NCBI GenBank assembly: GCA_048938895.1
Contig: JBHLLU010000012.1
Coordinates: forward strand, 27,576 to 91,575
DNA length: 64,000 nucleotides
DNA from: Promethearchaeota archaeon
GTDB taxonomy: Archaea; Asgardarchaeota; Lokiarchaeia; Sigyniarchaeales; SOKP01
Reading direction: 5' to 3'
The stretch's first letter is position 1; every line of letters begins with the position of its first letter. Under the pieces are notes generated by a model. It did no database searches. It worked only from the letters and a program-made list of their open reading frames with translations, and was not told where the DNA came from. Positions 28,563 to 37,391 of this stretch are shown here, one piece after another. A program made the translations under genes and the position numbers.

Positions 28563-31500
28563 TTAATTATCAAGAATACTGAATTTCTTTCTCTTTTTCT
28601 CAAATTTTTTTAATACTTTTCCTTTTTTTGCTAATAATTCTTGAATATACTCTTTCTCTCTTCGAATTAATCTAATTCCACTACAACTTTTTTTTTTGCA
28701 ATAATAATTTTCACTAGGCTCATCTTTATAATACCACTTTCCACAATTTTGACAATTATAAGCGCTGTAGATTTGATCATGTTCACATTTTGGGCAAAAA
28801 ATATCGAATTTTTCCGAGAAATACCATGAATGACAATATTTACAATACAAAATTAGAGGTCTTTCTAATTCCTCTTTATGTTCTAGTAGCTCGATTCTCT
28901 GTATTACCTGATCCTTATCAATTTGTTTTAATCTTGCTTTTTCGATTCTAGAATCTCTACGTTTTTCAAACCAAATTTTTCCACTCTTTTCTGAGAAAAC
29001 GAAAATAAGGCTAGAAACTATAACTACCACAATTATTAATGATATTAAGAATCCCCATTTATACCAATCAATTATCCCATTATCAATTTCCACCATAATC
29101 AATTTTTCAGCACGATTTCCTTCTTTATCAAATACAATAACTTTAACTTCATAGATTCCATCATTATATTTTGTTGTATCCCATTTATACTCCAAAATGC
29201 CAGAACTGCTATTAAAATTAAGTTTTTGCCTATTAACACTTTTACCTTTCAAATAAATATAAATTTTAGATGAATCTAATTCTGTATTATCTGTAATATT
29301 TGCTCTTATCCAAATTACAGAATCAACTAGTTGGTTATTTTTAGGATTCAAAATTTGAATTTCTGGGGCAATAAAGTCAGTAGATTTATCATAACCAACA
29401 TATATATTGGTTAATAGCCATCCCCATCCTAAATTTGGACTAGGGGGGGCATAATCATTAGATTGCAATGTAAATTTAATCATAACAACATGATCCGAAT
29501 ATTTCGAAATATCTAATTTTTCACTTCCAGATAAAACTCCACTATTATCGTTAAAATACTCTTTTACTACTGTCCAAGAATATCCAAAATCATCAGAAAT
29601 TGATACTATACATTTATCACGTTGATTTTCTGGTTCATTTTGTAGAGAGATCTCATAATCAAATTCTAAATAAACTTTATATAGGCTCCCTAATAATAAT
29701 GGGTGAGTAATTAATTCAGCATCCCAATCTACACCATAACCCTGTCTATTACTTCCATAGGATAATCCAATCCCTCCGTATATATATTCCTGGTTTAATC
29801 TCATTATAGGATGCCATGTATTATCGCCTTTAAACCATGCAGTATAATCTTTGGGATACGGAGTTCCAAAAATATAATAATCTTTTAAACTATTATTTGA
29901 AAATTGACGTCCAATAAGCTTGTTAGAATAATTTAAATTAAATTGAAGAGGTTCTACGTTAATAAATTCAAAAAGTGAATTTTCTTTATTATACCATTGA
30001 GTTTTATTTTGAAATTTACCATCAGAAAAATGAAAACGAAAAGAATGATTAGAAATTTTCCCTATGATTAAAGATTTTTTGAAAGTTATTCCTTTATCTG
30101 TAGAAGTATTTGAATTAGCAGTCCAATCTCCAAAAGCATTAACCATCGTATAATTTTCGTTATCCATTTCAAGATAAAGATAATTTGGATAATTGTTATC
30201 TAAATCGTAATAAAAGCAGGTAAATTTGAAGTTTTGATATTTAGAACCCTGAAATGATGAAATATCCTTAGTTAAATTAAAAATTAATAATGGGCTATTC
30301 TCATTTACATAATTACTAATTGAAAAGTAATCTAAAATAAAACCTTTATAATTAATTGAATCATAATTATCATCTAAATCTACCTCTAATCTAAACTGCA
30401 CAAAATTACCAATATATTCCGTGAGATTAATTTCTTCAAGGAACCATTCTCTTTCTTGATTTGTATATATTTTCAATATGATCCATCCCGTCCAATTTAA
30501 ATTTATTTCCAAGAAAATATAATCTCCTGAATTTATGCTAGATCTTAAACCAAATTTGGCAAATGGTTGAGTTGTACTTTTATTTAATTTGGTCAGATTA
30601 AATAAGGGACTTATAAGTGTTCCATTTGGATAAGGATCTTCAACAGTATTTATAGGTTGATATGTATAATTAACTGGATGATTATGAAAGATGCCAAAAT
30701 ATAGACTACTCCATTTGTTTTCATAAACCTGTGATCTATTATCATTATCGTTTGTTTGATTTAATAGATCCCATCCTGTACCAGAGATACTCCAATTCCC
30801 CAAACCATCATTAAAACTATGACTATAAGGAAAGGATTCACTATCTGTTGGAAATTCTATTGTAATGTTGAAAAAATGTGTCTCAGGAAATCTTATCCAA
30901 TGTTTACCATCACTGCCAACAAAGAAGAAATGGAAAGTACCAGTACTAGGAAATTGAATATAATTACTAACATATAATTCACCATTCGTATAGTTATTAT
31001 CAGCAAATTGAGGTAAAACATTATTAATATAAGCAATATCAGCTTGAATAATTGGGGCTAAAGTGTAATTCTTTGATAGCTCCATAATAGATACATAAAT
31101 TTCTTGGGGGGGAACATTTGAACTATCATTATCGTAATAATCTATATAGAATCTATATTGATCAATACTATAATTTTTATTTGGATTATTCCCTGAGAAT
31201 TGTTGAAAGCTCATAATAGTAGTGTTTTTAGAACCTCCAATATAATTAATTTCTGGTACTTTTAATTCGGGAGTATATAAGTTTTTAACAGTAGAGACAT
31301 TCAGAGAAAAAGTCCCTGTACCATTAATAGCTTTTGCTATAACAATACATTCAGTTTGGTTCTTTTTTGGAATGAAATAAAAAGTATCAAAATCTCTGTA
31401 TCGTCCTTTTCTCGAAGACTGTAATAAAATTGGTTCTCCAAAACGATTAGACTTATTTGAAAATAAATATAGATCAAAATCAGTTTTTTCTTGATCTTCA

Positions 31501-33419
31501 GTTACAGTTAGATTGAACTGATACTGTATATTTGGAGTAAGAATTATTCGACGAGCAAAGACATGAATACCTAGTGGGTCTTCTGCAGAACTAGTTAAAT
31601 ATCCTTTTTCTATATTGAATCCCATATACTTTGTCAATGCATCAATAGCACCTTGTATATTTAGCTTTCCATATCCTTCATGAGAGTCTCTTAAGCCATT
31701 TATTGAAGGATTCCAAGATATGGAGGGGGAATAATCACTTTCATCGATAGTTTCTGTTAAGGGATCATCTTCTCTTTTTAAAGTAGTTTCAGACGCAGTC
31801 ATTAATAAAATAGATTTAATGATTTTCACCCATTCAGTTAAATTAAGATTGTTCCATTGGTTCCAATTACCCCATTTTGCCTCAATTAGTAAATTAATAG
31901 CTGCTGATACGATTGCTGAAGATATTGAGGTTCCATAACTAGTTGTTACACTATTAGTTTTTGAATCAGCAGAAATAATTGTACGTGAATTTAGTAATTT
32001 ACTGCCTCCCGGTGCTACAAGATCTGGTTTGAGAACATCACCTCCTTCTAACTTTCCCATGCTGCTATATGATGTTACTTGATCTTTATCATTAATTGCC
32101 CCTACAACTAATGCATTTTTATTTATAGCTAATCCATTTAGAGAGTTTGATCCTTTAATTCCATTATTTCCAGCAGCAATAACAACTAAAATTCCATTTC
32201 TTATGACTTCATCGATAACTCTATTAATGGTTACTACATCTCTTCCCAATGTACCTATACTTAAACAAGCGCTTATAATCTTATATGTTGCTCTATTTTG
32301 AATTATATTTGCTAATGCTGATATTAAATTTGATGTATATCCCATCCCAGATTGATTTAAAATTTTATATGCTACTATTTTAGTGGCATTAGCTATTCCT
32401 GTAAAATGTGCGAAATCTGGAGTATATGATTCTGGAAAATAGGAAACAGTAGCATTAAATGAAAAATTGGGGTTTAAATTTGAAGTATTTCTTAAATATT
32501 TAATATAAAGATCATAAATACCTGTTCCAAATTGGGCAACATTTTGATCTATATCATAATACTGATTAGGATTAATATTGTAAGAAGAATTAACTAATGT
32601 TCTGTTATAATATAATTCAAACCAAAATTTACTAATTCCATTGTTATTTAAATCCCAAATCGAACTGATATAAATATTCGAATCTAACTTACTCGCATTA
32701 AAAGAAAATATTTTAACTGAATAATTTGTTGAGACAATTCCATTTTCAAATAAACTTAAATGAGAATAATTTCCATGAAGATTTACTACCGTAGGATTAG
32801 TTGAATTATAAGGTTCTATGCCACTTCCAGTAATAACAGAAGAAATAAATGTACCATGACCATTATCATCTGAAACAGGATCACTATTTACAAAATTATG
32901 CCAACCAATTATCTTTCCATTTAAGAATTCTTGGCTAGAATTTACTCCAGTATCTAATACAGCTATTGAACCATTAGAAACGCCTTTATATCCATTTATA
33001 TTCCACGACGAGTTTACAGCTTTGACTTGTACGGTTGCATAGTTCATCTGGATTTCTATTTTTTCATCATCTTCAATTTTAGCATCAGGAAATTCCATTT
33101 TAAATAATGATCTATTTAATTCACTTTGCATTCTACCCGCAAAGCCACAAGTTGACTCAAAATCACCATTCCATTCATTTTTAATATATCCCCCATAATA
33201 TACAAATCTATCTTTTACATTACTATTGAATGAGGATTGGTTAAAAGAAACAATTATATCTTGGCTGACGCTATTTATTTGTAATTTTGTGATATTTTGA
33301 GTCGTTGATACATAGCTATCATCCTGCCAATTAATTCTATTAATCACTAATATATTAAAAAGGTTTGATATAGACAATAGTAAGAATAAAACTAATAGTT
33401 TTTTATTAAGTAATCTTAT
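28563..33419 (-). CDS. Large membrane-anchored S8 (subtilisin-like) serine peptidase with beta-sandwich domains and C-terminal Cys-rich Zn-ribbon tail
   Basis: VLDTG (Asp), DDNGHGT (His), AAGN (oxyanion Asn), GTSIS (Ser), KPDLVAPG. TM segment WGFLISLIIVVVIVSSLIFVF, then CKYC/CPKC/CQNC/CKKKSC. Start extended from TTG 33377 to ATA 33419, which restores a signal peptide. Confidence 0.88.
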   Translation of the reverse strand: MRLLNKKLLVLFLLLSISNLFNILVINRINWQDDSYVSTTQNITKLQINSVSQDIIVSFNQSSFNSNVKDRFVYYGGYIKNEWNGDFESTCGFAGRMQSELNRSLFKMEFPDAKIEDDEKIEIQMNYATVQVKAVNSSWNINGYKGVSNGSIAVLDTGVNSSQEFLNGKIIGWHNFVNSDPVSDDNGHGTFISSVITGSGIEPYNSTNPTVVNLHGNYSHLSLFENGIVSTNYSVKIFSFNASKLDSNIYISSIWDLNNNGISKFWFELYYNRTLVNSSYNINPNQYYDIDQNVAQFGTGIYDLYIKYLRNTSNLNPNFSFNATVSYFPESYTPDFAHFTGIANATKIVAYKILNQSGMGYTSNLISALANIIQNRATYKIISACLSIGTLGRDVVTINRVIDEVIRNGILVVIAAGNNGIKGSNSLNGLAINKNALVVGAINDKDQVTSYSSMGKLEGGDVLKPDLVAPGGSKLLNSRTIISADSKTNSVTTSYGTSISSAIVSAAINLLIEAKWGNWNQWNNLNLTEWVKIIKSILLMTASETTLKREDDPLTETIDESDYSPSISWNPSINGLRDSHEGYGKLNIQGAIDALTKYMGFNIEKGYLTSSAEDPLGIHVFARRIILTPNIQYQFNLTVTEDQEKTDFDLYLFSNKSNRFGEPILLQSSRKGRYRDFDTFYFIPKKNQTECIVIAKAINGTGTFSLNVSTVKNLYTPELKVPEINYIGGSKNTTIMSFQQFSGNNPNKNYSIDQYRFYIDYYDNDSSNVPPQEIYVSIMELSKNYTLAPIIQADIAYINNVLPQFADNNYTNGELYVSNYIQFPSTGTFHFFFVGSDGKHWIRFPETHFFNITIEFPTDSESFPYSHSFNDGLGNWSISGTGWDLLNQTNDNDNRSQVYENKWSSLYFGIFHNHPVNYTYQPINTVEDPYPNGTLISPLFNLTKLNKSTTQPFAKFGLRSSINSGDYIFLEINLNWTGWIILKIYTNQEREWFLEEINLTEYIGNFVQFRLEVDLDDNYDSINYKGFILDYFSISNYVNENSPLLIFNLTKDISSFQGSKYQNFKFTCFYYDLDNNYPNYLYLEMDNENYTMVNAFGDWTANSNTSTDKGITFKKSLIIGKISNHSFRFHFSDGKFQNKTQWYNKENSLFEFINVEPLQFNLNYSNKLIGRQFSNNSLKDYYIFGTPYPKDYTAWFKGDNTWHPIMRLNQEYIYGGIGLSYGSNRQGYGVDWDAELITHPLLLGSLYKVYLEFDYEISLQNEPENQRDKCIVSISDDFGYSWTVVKEYFNDNSGVLSGSEKLDISKYSDHVVMIKFTLQSNDYAPPSPNLGWGWLLTNIYVGYDKSTDFIAPEIQILNPKNNQLVDSVIWIRANITDNTELDSSKIYIYLKGKSVNRQKLNFNSSSGILEYKWDTTKYNDGIYEVKVIVFDKEGNRAEKLIMVEIDNGIIDWYKWGFLISLIIVVVIVSSLIFVFSEKSGKIWFEKRRDSRIEKARLKQIDKDQVIQRIELLEHKEELERPLILYCKYCHSWYFSEKFDIFCPKCEHDQIYSAYNCQNCGKWYYKDEPSENYYCKKKSCSGIRLIRREKEYIQELLAKKGKVLKKFEKKRKKFSILDN

Positions 33420-36400
33420 GATATATCACCCGATTCATCTTTTTTTTGTGTTAAATCTGACTTTGACTCATTAAGTCTGAAATTTTCCTTTTGATATTTA
33501 GAAATTTCTTTTAATCTCTCTTTTAGAGTGTGCTTCTGTTCTAAAATTGAGTCTCTAGAACTTAACTCGAAAATCTCTAACTCATTTCTTCGAAATATAT
33601 ACCTTTTTAACTTTTTTTTTTTAATCTGCCATATATAAATTCCGAAAATACCCAACGCAGATACAATCGGAATTAAAACATACATCAATTGCCTACTTCT
33701 TGGAATTATTATTTTGACCTTAACCTCATTAGAAAATTCTTCTGATTTGAGTAAAAAATAGTAGGAAATTAATGCTGGTTTTAAATTAATTATATTTTGC
33801 CTTTTAGCTTTAATAGTATAATTAAAAGAAGCCTTTTCTCCTGGTTCTAAACATTCTATTACATTTATTAATTTACCATCAGTTAATGTGAAATCTGAGG
33901 GAGAATAACTGACCATATCATTTACTTGAACTTCTTTTGTGGTTATGGTACCCGTATTTTCAATCTCAATGGTAACGCTAATTAAATCTCCAATTTCAAC
34001 TTCATTTCTGTTTATTGACTTTTTCAAGGAGAAATTAATATTCCCTAAAACCAAAAATGATGATTTGAAAATTTGTATAGTATTGCTTTCAGAACTCTTT
34101 AAAAAGTTAATAGGAGGATAGTAGTAACCTTTCCAATCAATTTTTTTAATGGTTATATTAAAGGAAATAGTATGATTAAATGAAAGATTATAAAAAAGTA
34201 GATTCTTTTCATCTATTCTTCTTAAATCTCCAAATTGATCTCTCATTTTTGTATTTAAATCTGGGATCAGCAAACCAACAGGTCCAAGGTTTACGATTTC
34301 AACTGTTAGATTAAATATGCTCCCTATAGGAGGAGCAAATTGTTTAGGATTAATGATTTTATAATTAATCCCTACTGTTCTTAAAAAAGGATATCTTTTA
34401 ACATAATCAATTGGAGAAGAGATACACACTTCATTCGTATTTGAATATAACTTAGAGGAATTTCCACCTTGAATATTTTTAGGATTATCATAAATTATTG
34501 AAACCATTTTTAAAGATCTTGTATTTGGAACATAAAATGAAAAGCTAATCTGAAAACTTTCATAGGGATTAAGATTAGGAAGATAGAAACTAAGATTGTT
34601 ATTATTAAGGGTAAAATTTATAGGGTCATCAATTATACCTGGTAATAAAAGTGAGATATTGATATTTTCAGCTTTATCTGAACCAATATTTGTGACATTA
34701 ATTGTATATGCAACTAAATCACCCTCTTTAGCACTATAATTAGAAAGATAAGAAACAGCTAATAATGAAGCCATACCATAGGTACTAAGAATTACTGAAT
34801 TTGATGATCTAAAATAATGGACTCTCCCAGATAAAGAACTAAATGAAATTCTAGCCCCCAATGCCTCATAGGGATTAATATCTCTTACATAAAATTTAAT
34901 ATCAAAATCATTAATAGAAATATTGAATTTATCTGTATCTATACCACTTAATTTGAATGCGACAATATGATTATTTGGAGCTGTAGGATCGAACAACCAT
35001 TCTAAGCTTTTATTATAACTAATAAATGAGAATGTATAAGAATTGTTTAATTGAGATGATATAAAGGGTATTGCATCTTGGAATTTTCCGATAGAGTAAT
35101 TGAAGATTTCAAAGTTGAGGTTATTTGAAGGATCTGTGAAATCAATTATTAAAGATACTCTCTCCAAACGGTATTCGGTTAAGTTGATTGAAGTATCATT
35201 TTGAAAAAGAAATTGAATTTCTATTTCTTCTTGATTAAGATAACGTTCTTCTGATTCAATAATCCAACTTCTGGAATCATTCTGCAGAGCAAATTCAGGC
35301 GTTGTACCCTTAGCGGAAATTCCAGAGATTAACGCGGGTAATTTTGGATTAGTCTCTTTAATTGTGAAATTATTAGAGTAAAAAGCTGTGAAGCTGTCAA
35401 TAACACTAATAGAGAAGTTGTTATAAATATATGTGAATTTTTCATTTGGTTCCAATTTCCAATTCTCACTATTCCAAATACTATCTTTATTTTTAAAATA
35501 CTCAATAAATGCATCATAAGAGATTATATCGTCTAAAAAATCATATCTCTTATACAATTCCTCAGCAACTTCATCCATCTCTTCATTATAAGGCCATAAA
35601 TTAGAGATATTTGTTACATCAGGAAAGAATCTATCATAAGTTCCTATTCCTAAAGAATCCAGATAAAAAATACGAGGATCCTCATCAAAATTAAAAAAAT
35701 CTTCTAATGAATCGTATTGATTGTGATACATTTCATCAACAACTTCCCAAATTGCATTTTGTATTAGATTTGCTCCTTGTTGATTACCTTGCGTGATTAT
35801 TAAAAAAAAGTTATTTAGTTCAAATGGTATAGGTGTTGGAACACCCCAAATTGAAATATTTCCTATATTTTCTACAGTTATATTAAAATCAAAATTTTGA
35901 TAAGCACCATAAGTAGCATTATTTCCAATAGGTGTTTTAGTTATTATTACATTACAATCTGAATTAGATGTGTTATATTGAACTGATAGATTTTCAATTG
36001 GATTTAAAATTCCTGTTGGAATAAAAGGAAAACCTTGAAAACCTAATTGTTGTAGATAATTAATAATATTATATTGATTGTTTAGATTTACTGGTTTAAT
36101 ATAACTTTGTTTTATTCCCTCCTTATTCTGCCAAAATAATTCAAAAGAGTATTCTTTAATAGTTTCCATGTCAAAATCAATTCCTGCTAAAAATAGAATC
36201 AACCCGATTTGTTCAAGAAGAAAATCATTAAATTGAAAATAATTAGGAGTCACATCGATAATATCTGTGCATAATATATTTATTTCAATATCGCTCATGA
36301 ACGCACCAATTAAAGCTATATATATTTTTTGGCTTGGTGCTAATGGAGCCCCAACATATCCCATTGCATTCCATAAATTAAATTCATATTGATTGGAAGC

Positions 36401-37378
36401 GACACTTTTTATACCATCTTTTAAACCCTCATATTGGATCATTAAACTAGTGTAATGAGATTTATTGGATAATGTAAAAGAGCTAATTATCTTAACAAAT
36501 TGATCCAATTCTACTTCCGAAATGGTTTCATTAAGTATATCTCCATAAATTTCTTCAAAGTTATCAATTTGTTGAGTTACATTTTCAGTTTGCAAATTCT
36601 CTAAAAATGATAGATCAAGAGATTCAAGATTGAAATTGACTTGATCTGTAGAAATGTTAAAATCACACTCTAGAAAATCTAAAGAATTAATAAACATTAT
36701 TGTAGAGGAAATATGATAATTCTGGATATATTCATCATTAGTAAGACGATTTTGATCCAAAGCTTTCCAATATCCATCCATTGGAAGATTTGTAGTAATT
36801 TCTTTAAAGTAAACTTCCCAATTAGGATAATGGCCTATAAATGGAAAGAAGTTTGGTTCTGTTACATTCAATAAAATTAAATCAATTTGAAATTTTCTTT
36901 TAATAATCTCAAGTGCTCTCTCAGCCTTTATTTTCGCATCATCTGAACTCATTTCTTTATCATAATAAAGAAAACCTGAAAAAGCATTGAAGCTGAATGA
37001 AAAATGATTAGTTATTTCACTTTCAGTTAGAATTCTCGGAAAAATTTCCGGAGGAATAGCATTGGATGCACTTATAAGTATATTACATTTATAAAATGCT
37101 GGATCATTTGTATCAAATTGAGAAAGAATAGAAGTATCATTTGTAAAGAGAGATTGCTTTATAATTGACTTATTTCCTGCAACATAAGCTTGAATCTGTT
37201 CTGCATAAAGATCTGTGCCAGCAATGTCAGCTAATCCCAGTGAACTATCTTTTTCTATAATTTCTTCTTTAAACATAAAATTATTGTTTCTTAGATTTTT
37301 ATATAATTTGAGATACAAAGGACCAACTAGAGATATTATAATAAGTATAATTGTGATGTATTTTTTTGTCCTATTCAT
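33416..37378 (-). CDS. Large secreted, C-terminally anchored surface protein with DUF11/CARDB-like Ig repeats
   Basis: N-terminal signal/TM. Repeats FNITVENIG, YTINVTNIG, LTVEIVNLG, VTIEIENTG. Many N-x-S/T sequons. C-terminal TM followed by KKKKLKR. Confidence 0.78.
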   Translation of the reverse strand: MNRTKKYITIILIIISLVGPLYLKLYKNLRNNNFMFKEEIIEKDSSLGLADIAGTDLYAEQIQAYVAGNKSIIKQSLFTNDTSILSQFDTNDPAFYKCNILISASNAIPPEIFPRILTESEITNHFSFSFNAFSGFLYYDKEMSSDDAKIKAERALEIIKRKFQIDLILLNVTEPNFFPFIGHYPNWEVYFKEITTNLPMDGYWKALDQNRLTNDEYIQNYHISSTIMFINSLDFLECDFNISTDQVNFNLESLDLSFLENLQTENVTQQIDNFEEIYGDILNETISEVELDQFVKIISSFTLSNKSHYTSLMIQYEGLKDGIKSVASNQYEFNLWNAMGYVGAPLAPSQKIYIALIGAFMSDIEINILCTDIIDVTPNYFQFNDFLLEQIGLILFLAGIDFDMETIKEYSFELFWQNKEGIKQSYIKPVNLNNQYNIINYLQQLGFQGFPFIPTGILNPIENLSVQYNTSNSDCNVIITKTPIGNNATYGAYQNFDFNITVENIGNISIWGVPTPIPFELNNFFLIITQGNQQGANLIQNAIWEVVDEMYHNQYDSLEDFFNFDEDPRIFYLDSLGIGTYDRFFPDVTNISNLWPYNEEMDEVAEELYKRYDFLDDIISYDAFIEYFKNKDSIWNSENWKLEPNEKFTYIYNNFSISVIDSFTAFYSNNFTIKETNPKLPALISGISAKGTTPEFALQNDSRSWIIESEERYLNQEEIEIQFLFQNDTSINLTEYRLERVSLIIDFTDPSNNLNFEIFNYSIGKFQDAIPFISSQLNNSYTFSFISYNKSLEWLFDPTAPNNHIVAFKLSGIDTDKFNISINDFDIKFYVRDINPYEALGARISFSSLSGRVHYFRSSNSVILSTYGMASLLAVSYLSNYSAKEGDLVAYTINVTNIGSDKAENINISLLLPGIIDDPINFTLNNNNLSFYLPNLNPYESFQISFSFYVPNTRSLKMVSIIYDNPKNIQGGNSSKLYSNTNEVCISSPIDYVKRYPFLRTVGINYKIINPKQFAPPIGSIFNLTVEIVNLGPVGLLIPDLNTKMRDQFGDLRRIDEKNLLFYNLSFNHTISFNITIKKIDWKGYYYPPINFLKSSESNTIQIFKSSFLVLGNINFSLKKSINRNEVEIGDLISVTIEIENTGTITTKEVQVNDMVSYSPSDFTLTDGKLINVIECLEPGEKASFNYTIKAKRQNIINLKPALISYYFLLKSEEFSNEVKVKIIIPRSRQLMYVLIPIVSALGIFGIYIWQIKKKKLKRYIFRRNELEIFELSSRDSILEQKHTLKERLKEISKYQKENFRLNESKSDLTQKKDESGDIS

Positions 37379-37391
37379 TGTTTACTTTTCC

